This document shows positions 34,803 to 43,889 of a DNA stretch of 52,851 nt, piece after piece (position 1 is the first letter of the stretch; every line of letters starts with the position of its first letter). Source of the DNA: a virus. Its lineage: Duplodnaviria; Caudoviricetes. The stretch spans positions 1 through 52,851 of IMG/VR virus record IMGVR_UViG_3300043753_000018, one strand, 5' to 3'. Under the pieces are notes generated by a model that had not been told where the DNA came from, did not search any database, and saw nothing but the letters and a program-made list of their open reading frames with translations. Both the position numbers and the translations under genes were made by a program.

Positions 34803-34858
34803 CCCTCCCGCACTTCCGCCGGGCGCCACGTGCGCCCGGCCCACCAGGAGACACCCTG

Positions 34859-35836
34859 ATGAGCACTGAGATTGTGCGGGCCGCGCCCGTTACCGCGTCG
34901 CTGCAGGACATGGTCCGGTACGCCGAGCACCTCGCGAACGCCAACCTGCTGCCCGGCCAGTACCGCAAGCAGCCCGCCAACGTGCTGTACGCCATGGAGT
35001 ACGGCCGCACCCTCGGCATCACCCCGCTGGCCGCGATCACCGGCATCCACGTCATCGAGGGCAAGCCCTCGGCCAGCGCCGCCCTGATCTCCGGCCTGGT
35101 CCGGCAGGCCGGCCACAAGCTCCGGGTGAAGGGCGACGGCCAGTCCGCCACCGCCCAGATCATCCGCAGCGACGACCCCGACTTCGTCTACGAGGTCACC
35201 TGGGAACTCCGCCGGAACCCGAACGGCAACCCGAACGCGGAGGACGCCAAGCTCCTGAACAAGGAGGTGTGGCAGAAGTACCCGGCCTCGATGCTGAAGG
35301 CCCGCGCGATCACCGCGGTGGCCCGGGATGCGTGCGAGGAGGTGCTGTTCGGGCTGCACTACACGCCGGAGGAGCTCGACGTGTACGTCGACCAGGACGG
35401 CAACCCGGTGGACGCGCCGGTGCAGCCGCTGCGCGCGGTCGATGGTGAGCGTCGAGGCCGTGACTTCCTGCAGGAGGCGTACAAGGCCACGGACACGGAC
35501 ACCGTTCGGCGCCTGTGGCAGGAGGCCAAGGCCGACGGTCGTCCGGAGGACTACCTGGCGAGCATCGCCGAGGTCGGCCGCGACCTTGCTGCCGAGGCTG
35601 CTGCTGCTTCGGCCTCGGCTTCTGCGCCGGCCGAGCAGGTGGTGGACGCCGAGATCGTCGGCGAGCAGGACGAGCACACTGCCGCGCTGGACGCGCTGCG
35701 GGCCGCCGCGCTCGCCGCCGGCATCGCGGCCACGCTCGACACCGACTTCAAGGACTCGTACGGCGTCCCGCCGGCCGAGGCCAGCGTCGAGCAGCTCCAG
35801 CAGATGACCGCGATCCTGGCGGGGGCCGCCGCGTGA
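34859..35836 (+). CDS. RecT-like ssDNA annealing protein
   Basis: LLPGQYRKQPANVL...GIHVIEGKPS...WQKYPASMLKARA...GLHYTPEEL. Confidence 0.85.
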   Translation: MSTEIVRAAPVTASLQDMVRYAEHLANANLLPGQYRKQPANVLYAMEYGRTLGITPLAAITGIHVIEGKPSASAALISGLVRQAGHKLRVKGDGQSATAQIIRSDDPDFVYEVTWELRRNPNGNPNAEDAKLLNKEVWQKYPASMLKARAITAVARDACEEVLFGLHYTPEELDVYVDQDGNPVDAPVQPLRAVDGERRGRDFLQEAYKATDTDTVRRLWQEAKADGRPEDYLASIAEVGRDLAAEAAAASASASAPAEQVVDAEIVGEQDEHTAALDALRAAALAAGIAATLDTDFKDSYGVPPAEASVEQLQQMTAILAGAAA

Positions 35837-36363
35837 GCCTCCAGGACGCTTCGGCCCGCGAGGCCGTGTTGAAGGCGCTGTCCGACCGGATCGGCGACGC
35901 GTTGAAGGCGGTCCGCGCCGAGGTGCAAGCCGAGTTGGACGCGGCGGCCGCTGTCCGGCAGGTCGAGGCGCGGCTGCCAGACGGCAAGCTGGTCGCCAAG
36001 GTCTCGCTGACCGACCCGGCCCCCGCCGCAACGGTGGTCGATCCCGAGGCATACCTGGCTTGGGTCCGCGACCACCACCCCGCTGGCAAGGACAACGTCG
36101 TGAGGCGGTTCGTCACGGAGGTCCGGCCGGCGTTCACCACCGCGCTGCTGGGTGAGTTGACGGCCGCCGGGGTCCCGGAGTGGTGCGACCAGGAGTCCGG
36201 CGTGGTGCACACCGTGCCCGGGGTGGAGATCCGAGCGACCCGCTCCCGCTCGCACTCTGTCCGGTTCGAGAAGGCGGGCCGCGAGCTGGTGGCCGCAGCC
36301 TGGCAAGCCGGACTGCTCGGCGCCCTGGTGCTGCCCGAGTTGACCGCGGGCGGTGCCGAGTGA
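35833..36363 (+). CDS. Hypothetical protein (RecT-linked)
   Basis: GTGA overlaps at both ends. Confidence 0.7.
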   Translation: MSLQDASAREAVLKALSDRIGDALKAVRAEVQAELDAAAAVRQVEARLPDGKLVAKVSLTDPAPAATVVDPEAYLAWVRDHHPAGKDNVVRRFVTEVRPAFTTALLGELTAAGVPEWCDQESGVVHTVPGVEIRATRSRSHSVRFEKAGRELVAAAWQAGLLGALVLPELTAGGAE

Positions 36364-36902
36364 CCGCGATGCCGTCGCTGATCGCGGCCGCGCAGGCTGG
36401 GGACGACGATGCCCTCGCCGAGCTCTACCGCCTGCACCAGCCCGTTGTGCACCGGTACATCGCCCACCGCATTGCCAGCCCGCAGACGGCCGAGGACCTG
36501 ACCCAGGAGGTCTTCATCCGGGCCTACCGCAAGCTGGGCACCTTCCAGTGGACCGGTCGGCCGTTCGGCGCCTGGCTGATGACGATCGCCCGGAACATCG
36601 TCCTGGACGAACTCCGGCGCCCGGTGTACCAGCGCGAGGTGCTCGCGGACGACGTCGGCGTCTGGGAGCCCCCGGCAGTCCCCTCGGTGGAGGCGCAGGT
36701 GCTCGCCGACCTGGACGCCGAGCCGGTCCGTGCCGCCCTCCGTTCGCTCCTGCCGGCCTGGCGGGAGGTGCTGGTTCTGGAGCACTGGGCGGGCCTCTCG
36801 AACCCCCAGATCGGGCAGCGCACGGGACGCACCACTGGCGGAGTCCGAACGCTCAAGTACCGCGCCAGCACGGCGCTCCGCCACCAACTCACCGCCGCGT
36901 AG
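36360..36902 (+). CDS. ECF sigma-70 factor, BldN/AdsA-like
   Basis: AQAGD...AEDLTQEVFIRAYRKLGTFQWTGRPFGAWLMTIARN; region 4 GLSNPQIGQRTGRTTGGVRTLKYRA. Confidence 0.88.
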   Translation: MTAMPSLIAAAQAGDDDALAELYRLHQPVVHRYIAHRIASPQTAEDLTQEVFIRAYRKLGTFQWTGRPFGAWLMTIARNIVLDELRRPVYQREVLADDVGVWEPPAVPSVEAQVLADLDAEPVRAALRSLLPAWREVLVLEHWAGLSNPQIGQRTGRTTGGVRTLKYRASTALRHQLTAA

Positions 36903-36956
36903 GCCCGCCGGGGCCGCCAGCGTGTTGGCAGCCCCGGCCAACCCAAGGGACAGCAC

Positions 36957-37400
36957 ATGCTCACAACCACGGAGCGCGGCGACCTCGCCGAGCAGCTCCT
37001 CCCCATCGCGGCCCGACTCTCCTGCCTCGTGCACGGAGACGGCGACCAGCGCGACATCCACCAGACCATCGCCCGCCTCGGCCAGGACGAGCGCGACGCC
37101 CTGCTCATCGTCCTTGCCGGGCTGGTCGACCCGGAGGCCCCGGTGGCCGACGCCCTGCGCTACCTGACGTGGGACGAGCACGGCCGCCCCGCCGCGCCCG
37201 GTCCGCTCGCCGGCACGATCCGCTCGCTCGCCGACACCGGCGAGTGGCCGCTGGTCGGCTGGCTGTCCGAGGACATGCTCCGCTGGGAGCGCGAACGCAC
37301 CCTCCGCGCAGCAGCGCGCCGCGGCGAGACGCACAGCGAGATCGGCGTCCGCCTCGGCGTCAGCAGCAAGACCGTCGAACGCTGGCTGGCCGCGTCATGA
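36957..37400 (+). CDS. HTH DNA-binding protein
   Basis: C-terminal GETHSEIGVRLGVSSKTVERW. Confidence 0.75.
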   Translation: MLTTTERGDLAEQLLPIAARLSCLVHGDGDQRDIHQTIARLGQDERDALLIVLAGLVDPEAPVADALRYLTWDEHGRPAAPGPLAGTIRSLADTGEWPLVGWLSEDMLRWERERTLRAAARRGETHSEIGVRLGVSSKTVERWLAAS

Positions 37401-37621
37401 CGGCCCCGCACCGCGGCCGGCACGCCGACCCCGTCGACCGGGTCGAGTCCTACGCGATCAGCAGCACGGCCACCACGCCGGCCGACCGGGACAGCGCCCG
37501 GGACGGGATCGTGCGCCGCGCCACGTCGATGGCCGACCTCGGCCGCCTGCTCGCCGCCCTTGGCCTCGACGACCCGGCCGAACTCCTCGCCCAGCTCAAC
37601 CCCCAGGGAGACGCAGCATGA
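37397..37621 (+). CDS. Hypothetical protein
   Basis: ATGA overlaps. Confidence 0.55.
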   Translation: MTAPHRGRHADPVDRVESYAISSTATTPADRDSARDGIVRRATSMADLGRLLAALGLDDPAELLAQLNPQGDAA

Positions 37622-37809
37622 GCCAGCCCGAGTCCATCCCGTACGACATCAACGCCGACATCGAGACCAACGAGCAGGCCCTGCTCGGCGCGCTGATGAG
37701 CGGCCGACCGCTGGCCATCTTCGCGAGCGACGCCGCCGACGTGCCGCCCTTCGTGCTCGGCCTGAGCCTCAGCCGGGTCGACGACGAGGAGAGCGGAGCA
37801 ACCCGATGA
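37618..37809 (+). CDS. Hypothetical protein
   Basis: GGGAG RBS; overlaps. Confidence 0.6.
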   Translation: MSQPESIPYDINADIETNEQALLGALMSGRPLAIFASDAADVPPFVLGLSLSRVDDEESGATR

Positions 37810-38231
37810 CCACCGTCGCCTACACCATCCTCGCCGAGGACGGCCCGGTCACCGTCCAGGCCCAGCCCGCCACGCCCGGCCTCTACGTCTACGAGCAGGC
37901 GGACACGGTCGACGTCGGCGCCCTCTGCCGCTGGCGCCTCGGCCACCACTCCGGGCTCCAGATCGCCCGCTTCCGCAGCGCCGAAGACGCGCACCGCGGG
38001 GCCGCCATGCTCGCCGACTGGACCACCTGGACCGACGACGCCGACAGCCTCCGGGGCAGCATCGCCAGCTGTGAGGACCGCACTGAGTTCCTGCTGATCA
38101 TCCAGGACATGGGCGGCCACCTGGGGAACTGCGCCCACCCAGCGCCCGACCCGAACTGGCCGATCCGCGGCGGCTACGGCGAGTCCTGCGCCCACGCGGC
38201 CGGCATCAGCTGCCGCTGCACCTGCGACTGA
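37806..38231 (+). CDS. Hypothetical protein with Cys-rich C terminus
   Basis: ATGA overlap; GC3-rich. Confidence 0.6.
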   Translation: MTTVAYTILAEDGPVTVQAQPATPGLYVYEQADTVDVGALCRWRLGHHSGLQIARFRSAEDAHRGAAMLADWTTWTDDADSLRGSIASCEDRTEFLLIIQDMGGHLGNCAHPAPDPNWPIRGGYGESCAHAAGISCRCTCD

Positions 38232-38327
38232 CCGCACCGTCCGTACGGCCCGTGGCGGGGCCGGCCGCGAGTCCCCCGCCACGGGCGCACCACCACCCGC
38301 ACCAGCACCGCCCTGAGAGAGGCCCCG

Positions 38328-39212
38328 TTGAGCATCGACGCCATGCACTGGGTGTGGAACCGGTCCCAGACCAAGGGGAACCCGCGCCTCGTCATGCTCA
38401 CTGTGGCCGACAAGGCGCCCGGCCTCGACTGCATCACGCGCATCGGGATGACCGAGCTCATCAAGCGGCTGAACGCCTCGCGGTCCACAGTCCAGGCGGC
38501 CCTCGACAAAGCGTTGGAGAGCCGCGAGCTGGTCGAGCTGGAGAAGGCCCGCGGGACTCGTCCCGCGCTCTACCAACTGCCGTTCGCGGTCGGGTATCGG
38601 CGTTCCGACGACGACGCTAGCGGCCCGGAATCCGGGCCCCTAGGCCAATCGCAGGGGCCCGAGTCTCGGGCCGCTACGCCACAGCAGGGGCCCGAAATCC
38701 GGGCCGGTGGTGAAGACGCTAGGGGCCCGAAATCCGGGCCGGAGGGGCCCGAAATCCGGGCCTCTAGGGGCCCGAAATCCGGGCCCCTCTACCAACCCAG
38801 TTCCACCATAGGTGGATCGATCGAACGATCCCCCGCCGTCGGCCCGCAGATCCCCGACTTCGCCACCGACCTCTACCGGCAACTGAACAACGCTGGCATG
38901 GCCGTCACCTGGCAGCTGTCCGACACCGAGTGGTTCAAGATCCACGCCCACATCAAGCGCTGCGGCCCTGAGTTCATCGTCGCCTTCACCCGCGACCGCT
39001 GGAACCACAGCAACCCGCCCCAGACAGCCCGGTACCTCACCCGCATCTGGGACCAAATGCCCGACGCTCCCCAGGGCGCCGAGCAACCCGGCACTTCAGG
39101 CACGCCCGCCCTGCGCGGCGTCCCCGGCCCAGCCGGCCCCCTCACCAACAACCAGCGAAAGCGCGCTCTCCTCGCCGAGGCCGCCGCCCAACTCGCCGGA
39201 GGCACCGGATGA
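38328..39212 (+). CDS. Replication initiator (lambda O-like, N-terminal wHTH)
   Basis: MSIDAMHWVW...RLVMLTVAD N terminus; internal iteron array. Confidence 0.8.
   Translation: MSIDAMHWVWNRSQTKGNPRLVMLTVADKAPGLDCITRIGMTELIKRLNASRSTVQAALDKALESRELVELEKARGTRPALYQLPFAVGYRRSDDDASGPESGPLGQSQGPESRAATPQQGPEIRAGGEDARGPKSGPEGPEIRASRGPKSGPLYQPSSTIGGSIERSPAVGPQIPDFATDLYRQLNNAGMAVTWQLSDTEWFKIHAHIKRCGPEFIVAFTRDRWNHSNPPQTARYLTRIWDQMPDAPQGAEQPGTSGTPALRGVPGPAGPLTNNQRKRALLAEAAAQLAGGTG
38621..38788. repeat. Six palindromic iterons (putative replication origin)
   Basis: GGCCCG-(A/G)A(A/G)TC(T)-CGGGCC six times inside rep gene. Confidence 0.8.
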
Positions 39213-39937
39213 CCCCCGACCAGATCGGCCCGTTTCTGGAGCGCGTCAGCCTCACCGACCCACGCATCCTCCCCGACGACCAAGCCGAAGCGCTCGCCGC
39301 CACCGCCCTGTGGGCCGTCGCCATGGCCGAGGTTGACGCCCAGTTCGCCCTGAACGCGGTCGCCAAGCACTACGCGCAGTCGCCCTACCTGGTGAAGCCC
39401 TCCGACATCGCCGCCCAGTGGCGCACCCACGTCCGCAACCGCGCCGAGCGCCACGTCGACCCCGTGCCGGCCGCCGACCCCGAAGACCCCGCCGCGTACA
39501 ACGCCGAGCTCCGCGCCAGCCGAGCCGCCGCAGCCGCCAACGTCATCCCGCTCCACGGACCGCGCGCCGCACTCGGCCCCGGCCGCTACGAAACCACCGC
39601 CCTCAACTACGAGGAAGAAGACCTTGGCGCCATGCGTCTGGACGGCGACCTCGCCCGGATGTGGACCGGCGTGGGCCAGCAGGCCAAGGACGACAACGCG
39701 CGGCGCAAGGCGCTCGTCCTCGCCCATCCCGACCTCGCCGAGCGGATCGGCAAGGCGCCGATCAACATCCGCCCAGACGCCTGGACCGGCTACGTGCCCA
39801 TGGAGATCGGCGTGAACGGCATCAACCGCTCGCCGATCCGCCGGGCGCTCGCCGCCCTGGTCGCCGAAGCCGAGCAGCGCGCCACCGTCGCACCCGCACC
39901 GGCCGCAACGCCAGACGACGCCAGCGCGGCCCGTTGA
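39209..39937 (+). CDS. Putative helicase loader/inhibitor (G39P-like N terminus)
   Basis: Directly after rep; W...ALNAVAKHY...KPSDI pattern. Confidence 0.6.
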   Translation: MTPDQIGPFLERVSLTDPRILPDDQAEALAATALWAVAMAEVDAQFALNAVAKHYAQSPYLVKPSDIAAQWRTHVRNRAERHVDPVPAADPEDPAAYNAELRASRAAAAANVIPLHGPRAALGPGRYETTALNYEEEDLGAMRLDGDLARMWTGVGQQAKDDNARRKALVLAHPDLAERIGKAPINIRPDAWTGYVPMEIGVNGINRSPIRRALAALVAEAEQRATVAPAPAATPDDASAAR

Positions 39938-40025
39938 CGGGCCACCAGCCGCCGAACAGCACCACCCGCGCCCCGAGCGCCACGCACGCCGCCACACACG
40001 CCACACCACCCCCAGGAGCCCTCCC

Positions 40026-40334
40026 GTGCAGATCCGCATCACCCACGACGACCCGAACAAGCCCACCGAGATCATCACCGTGATGGCGCCCGCCGGTGAC
40101 AACGGCTGGAAGTACACCGACATCGACGGCGACCGCATCGCCGTGTTCACCGCCAACATCGAGGGCACGCCCGGCGTGTACTTCCGCACCGACCCGAACG
40201 GCGCGGCGATCCCGCTCGCCGACCTGGAGGCGTTCATCGCCGCCGTCCGGGAGACCGCGCAGCGCTCCGCCGAGAACTCGACCGAGGGCATCGCCACGGC
40301 AGGCACCGGCGCCCCGATGCCGCAGGAGGGCTGA
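40026..40334 (+). CDS. Hypothetical protein
   Basis: AGGAG RBS. Confidence 0.65.
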   Translation: MQIRITHDDPNKPTEIITVMAPAGDNGWKYTDIDGDRIAVFTANIEGTPGVYFRTDPNGAAIPLADLEAFIAAVRETAQRSAENSTEGIATAGTGAPMPQEG

Positions 40335-40337
40335 CCG

Positions 40338-40592
40338 ATGGCCGACACGCAGCCCGAGCACGAAGAGCCGTGGGCAGCCCAGCGTGACGCCTCCTGGTAC
40401 TCGCGCCCCGACGTGTACAGCGACAAGGTCATCCACGTCGCCGGCCGCGAAGACCGGGAAGGGTTCATGTCCCGGTGCGGCCGGTCCGTCCTGAACGACG
40501 GCATGACCTGGGAACTGGACGAAGTCCCGGCCGGCCTGCGCTGCCGCAGCAACGGCTGCCGCCAGGCATGGCCCGCGGTAGGCCCGTCATGA
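40338..40592 (+). CDS. Hypothetical Cys/His protein
   Basis: GGAGG RBS; H...CG...CRSNGC. Confidence 0.6.
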   Translation: MADTQPEHEEPWAAQRDASWYSRPDVYSDKVIHVAGREDREGFMSRCGRSVLNDGMTWELDEVPAGLRCRSNGCRQAWPAVGPS

Positions 40593-40906
40593 CGGGCCTC
40601 GCAGTCGCCGCTCTCGCCGTGGTCGGCGTAGGCGCAGCCCTCCAGGTCGCCCGGCGTGCGGCGGCCCGCTGGTGGGCTCGCGTGGCGGCGGTTGCCAACC
40701 AACGCCCAGCCAACCCGACCCCGCCGGTCCCGCGGATCCCGGCGGACGGGTACCCGCAGATCCTGCCCGCGGGCGAGGCAGGCCGGCACGGCAGGAGCGG
40801 CTGCTCGTGCAGGCCGCTGCTGGGCGTGCAGGTGACGCCTGCCGGGGATCCGGTGGCGGTGCTGCTGCACCAGCCACTGGCTTCGGGCCCGCCTGCGGCC
40901 CGCTGA
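40589..40906 (+). CDS. Membrane-anchored hypothetical protein
   Basis: ATGA overlap; N-terminal TM. Confidence 0.5.
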   Translation: MTGLAVAALAVVGVGAALQVARRAAARWWARVAAVANQRPANPTPPVPRIPADGYPQILPAGEAGRHGRSGCSCRPLLGVQVTPAGDPVAVLLHQPLASGPPAAR

Positions 40907-41018
40907 CGGCCGATCACCGCCAGGCGCGCACCCGGCGAGCCGCGCGCACTCTTCGGTGGCCCTGACGCCCGTCACGGGCCGCCACGACACCACCCCGCAC
41001 CACAGCACGGAGGCACAC

Positions 41019-41324
41019 GTGATCAGCAACAGCCCCGCCCCCGACCAGCCCACCGCCGAGCAGCAGGCACGCCGCAGAAGCCCGCAAGAGGAGGCCGTGC
41101 TCGGCTCGTTGCTCGCGTGGGCCGACCGACACAACGTGCCGGTCACCATCCGAGACCTTGAGGAGTTGGTGCCGCGGCTGGTGGTGGCCACGCGAATGGC
41201 GGGCCCGCGCCAGGTGCCCGGCGCTACGCCGAAGGCCGGCGCGACCGCGGCCGATGCCCGGCGGATCGCGGCGCGGCTGGAGGCCGGGTTCGCGCAGCCG
41301 GCCGACGGCGAACGGGCAGCGTGA
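41019..41324 (+). CDS. Hypothetical protein
   Basis: GGAGG RBS before GTG. Confidence 0.6.
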   Translation: MISNSPAPDQPTAEQQARRRSPQEEAVLGSLLAWADRHNVPVTIRDLEELVPRLVVATRMAGPRQVPGATPKAGATAADARRIAARLEAGFAQPADGERAA

Positions 41325-41367
41325 AGGGCCGCACGGCGCGGCCGGGCGGCTGACGGGGCGCAGCGGG

Positions 41368-41556
41368 TTACTGCTCGGCGGTCAGCTCGGGGCGCTTCGG
41401 GAGCTTGGCGCCTGGCCGGCGCAGGTACCAGCTGACCAGTTCCTTGATCACGGTGCCTCGGTCGCTGTCGACGCTGGCGGTGGCGGTCTTCAGGTCTTCC
41501 CAGTCCTCGTCGGAGAACCGGACTGACCGGTGCTGGCTCTTCGGGGCGTTTGGCAT
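41368..41556 (-). CDS. Ribbon-helix-helix (CopG/Arc-like) regulator
   Basis: RSVRFSDEDWEDL...RGTVIKELVSWY. Confidence 0.75.
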   Translation of the reverse strand: MPNAPKSQHRSVRFSDEDWEDLKTATASVDSDRGTVIKELVSWYLRRPGAKLPKRPELTAEQ

Positions 41557-41572
41557 GGGCCGATCGTAGCCG

Positions 41573-41643
41573 GGTGTACGTACGCGGGGCTAGTCAAAGG
41601 GCTTGCGGTGTACGTACACCCCGCACTATGGTGTACGTACACC
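41573..41643. promoter_or_regulatory. Three GGTGTACGTACACC-type palindromic operators over a sigma70-type promoter
   Basis: Copies at 41573, 41607 and 41630; TTGCGG-18 nt-TATGGT. Confidence 0.75.
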
Positions 41644-41662
41644 GCAACGGAGGGGAAGTCCG

Positions 41663-42004
41663 ATGAACAGCCGCCACACCCACTGCCTCCGCTGCGGCCG
41701 CAAGCTCACCAGCACCAAGCCCACGACCGCTGGCTACGGCCCCACCTGCACCCGCAAGGTCAAGGAAGCCGCCAAAGCCAAGGTCATCGCCGCCCACAAG
41801 CCCCACCTCATCGCCAAGGCCGAGGAGCTCATCGAGCAGGGCGGCATCGTCCCGATCCGCGCCCGGCGCGTCTTCGCCGTCATCTCCAGCGACGGCAGCA
41901 CCACCTACAAGACCGCGCCGCAGGGCTGCACTTGCCCGGCCGGCATCAAGGGCCGGTTTGTCTGCTACCACCGCATCGCCGCCGAGATCATCACCGCCGC
42001 CTGA
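41663..42004 (+). CDS. DUF6011-like plus SWIM zinc-finger protein
   Basis: CLRCGRKLT...GYGPTC and CTCPAG...CYH. Confidence 0.75.
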   Translation: MNSRHTHCLRCGRKLTSTKPTTAGYGPTCTRKVKEAAKAKVIAAHKPHLIAKAEELIEQGGIVPIRARRVFAVISSDGSTTYKTAPQGCTCPAGIKGRFVCYHRIAAEIITAA

Positions 42005-42034
42005 CCGTCCGCCACCTACACGAAAGACCCCGTC

Positions 42035-42271
42035 ATGACCAAGCTCATGTACCGCGTCACCGCCGAAAACGCCACGGGCTCCCGTTACGGCAGCGACTCC
42101 ACCGGCATGGACCCGCAGGCCCTCGCCGACCGGATCGCCGCTGACACCCGGGTCGCCCGACCGGACCTGTCCGGCCCGCTCACCATCCACGTGTGGGCTC
42201 CCCGCGAGGACGAGCACTACCGCCTGCCCACCCCCGCCGACGCCCACCGGTTCGACTACCCCGACGCCTGA
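42035..42271 (+). CDS. Hypothetical protein
   Basis: GC3-rich ORF in operon. Confidence 0.6.
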   Translation: MTKLMYRVTAENATGSRYGSDSTGMDPQALADRIAADTRVARPDLSGPLTIHVWAPREDEHYRLPTPADAHRFDYPDA

Positions 42272-42348
42272 TCGCCGCCCGGGTGCCCGTCCCGCACGGG
42301 CGCCCCACGAGGCACTCAGCCGACCAACCACCCGCCGAGGAGCGCCCG

Positions 42349-42486
42349 TTGCGCACCCACTGCCACGCCTGCGGGCGCCCCGCCGACACCACCGACCACA
42401 ACGGCGACCCCGCCTGCGACGACTGCCTCACCACCTGGGCCGACCAGGACGACGCCGCCGAATACCGCCACTACGCCTACCACTGA
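42349..42486 (+). CDS. Small CxxC...CxxC protein
   Basis: GAGGAG RBS before TTG. Confidence 0.5.
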   Translation: MRTHCHACGRPADTTDHNGDPACDDCLTTWADQDDAAEYRHYAYH

Positions 42487-42496
42487 GGAGCACCCC

Positions 42497-42829
42497 ATGA
42501 CCGACACCCGTGCCCAGTACACCGCCGCCCTGCGCCAGTTCGCCGACTGGCTCGACGCCAACCCCCAGTACAACGCGCCCACGTCCCAGAAGCTCCTCCT
42601 GCCACTGCTCACCAACCCCGCCGTCCGCGAGTTCGCCGACCGTCACGGCCTGGAGGTGGCGACGGATGCCGAGGGCAACCTGTCGGCCGAGATCGCGTTC
42701 GGCCCGATCGCCTACCACGTGTACGGCTACGTCGACTTCGCGGCGCACGTCGCCGCCAAGAGCGAGCGCGACGCCCGCCGGTGGGCCGACCAGAACGGCC
42801 TCGACCTGGTCACCCGGACCGACGGGTGA
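42497..42829 (+). CDS. Hypothetical protein
   Basis: GAGGAG RBS; ALRQFADWLDANP motif. Confidence 0.7.
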   Translation: MTDTRAQYTAALRQFADWLDANPQYNAPTSQKLLLPLLTNPAVREFADRHGLEVATDAEGNLSAEIAFGPIAYHVYGYVDFAAHVAAKSERDARRWADQNGLDLVTRTDG

Positions 42830-43017
42830 CCCACCCCCGCGCCATCGCCGAGCCGTCCGCCTGCCGCCACTGCGACATCCCGTACCGCGAGCACTACCAG
42901 CAGTGGACCCAGGCGGCCGGCCGGCACCAGTGGACCGCCCCGACCGACAGCCAGATGCTCGCCCGCATGCTGGCGCGCCGTGCCAGCCGCACCACCACTG
43001 ACCGGAGACCGCGATGA
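42826..43017 (+). CDS. Small Cys/His protein
   Basis: CRHC...H...H; GTGA overlap. Confidence 0.6.
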   Translation: MTHPRAIAEPSACRHCDIPYREHYQQWTQAAGRHQWTAPTDSQMLARMLARRASRTTTDRRPR

Positions 43018-43304
43018 CCGCCCCCACCGCACGCGACCGCCTGTTCGTCGAGCTCACTGGCCCGACCGAGTGGGACGCCGACGTCTTCGGCCTGCCCGAG
43101 TCCAAGGCCGGCGCCCTCCTCGACGCCTACCGGGACCAGGTGCTCGCCGAAGCCGCGCAACTGGTCACATCCACCTCGCTCGCCCGGCTGGACGCCATCG
43201 ACGAGGACGACCAGCGCCCCAGCGACTGGGAGCAGCACCAGGAGTGGTGCGCCGCCGCCGTTGTGCTGCTCGCGGCCCGCACTGCCCCGACCGCGACCGC
43301 CTGA
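43014..43304 (+). CDS. Hypothetical protein
   Basis: ATGA overlap; GGAG RBS. Confidence 0.6.
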   Translation: MTAPTARDRLFVELTGPTEWDADVFGLPESKAGALLDAYRDQVLAEAAQLVTSTSLARLDAIDEDDQRPSDWEQHQEWCAAAVVLLAARTAPTATA

Positions 43305-43306
43305 CC

Positions 43307-43492
43307 GTGTCCGCCGAGCCGTACATCTCCTGCGACGGGCGCCCTGACGGCGACGTGTGCCCGACCTACGACTGCCCGCCCGGCGCCCGCACGTTCACGG
43401 ATGCTCGCCGCAAGCTCGCCCGCCAGGGCTGGCACCGCCGGCCCGACGGCCGGGACATCTGCCCCGTCTGCTGGGTCGCCGGCCACCGCTGA
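43307..43492 (+). CDS. Small zinc-binding protein
   Basis: CDG...C...GW...DICPVC. Confidence 0.55.
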   Translation: MSAEPYISCDGRPDGDVCPTYDCPPGARTFTDARRKLARQGWHRRPDGRDICPVCWVAGHR

Positions 43493-43509
43493 CGTCTGTC
43501 TGACGCCCG

Positions 43510-43770
43510 TCAGTGGACCAAGACCCCGACCACGACGAACAAGCCCGTCGTGATCAAGACGGCCGCTACCAGCCAACCCGGTTGGTCAGCGAATCCCTGC
43601 CTGCGGCCGCGCGCTCCGGGCTGGCTGCCGCTGTTGCTGTCGCCCCAGGGGCGCCAGGGGAGGTTGTCCCCGCCGCCGTGATGGTGGTGGTGCCCACCGT
43701 GGTGGTGGCCACCGAACCCGCCGCCGTGGTGGCCCCCGAAGTCCCCACCGCCGTGCCCTCCGCCGTCCAT
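43510..43770 (-). CDS. Gly/His-rich protein with C-terminal TM helix
   Basis: GGHHGGGFGGHHHGGHHHHHGGG; GC3-rich on minus strand. Confidence 0.6.
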   Translation of the reverse strand: MDGGGHGGGDFGGHHGGGFGGHHHGGHHHHHGGGDNLPWRPWGDSNSGSQPGARGRRQGFADQPGWLVAAVLITTGLFVVVGVLVH

Positions 43771-43889
43771 CCCGCACCCCCAGGTAGTAGCCGTACGCAC
43801 AGCCTGGCACGGCTAAGCCCCGCAGAACCTCAACAAATCCTCTGGCCCTGTGCCGCCGCACACCGCGGCGGCCCCAACCCAAGGAGCAC

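Noticed and set aside
38621-38788. Palindromic repeats as a CRISPR array
   Set aside because: Spacers are too short and irregular, the repeats are in frame within a rep gene, and there are no cas genes; iterons fit better.
38873-41191. 772-aa minus-strand ORF and many other long overlapping ORFs (e.g. 3218-4762, 11216-12958, 16756-18528, 35748-37334)
   Set aside because: Shadow ORFs expected in high-GC DNA. They are antisense or off-frame to well-supported genes, low-complexity (Arg/Gly/Pro/Ala-rich) and lack motifs.
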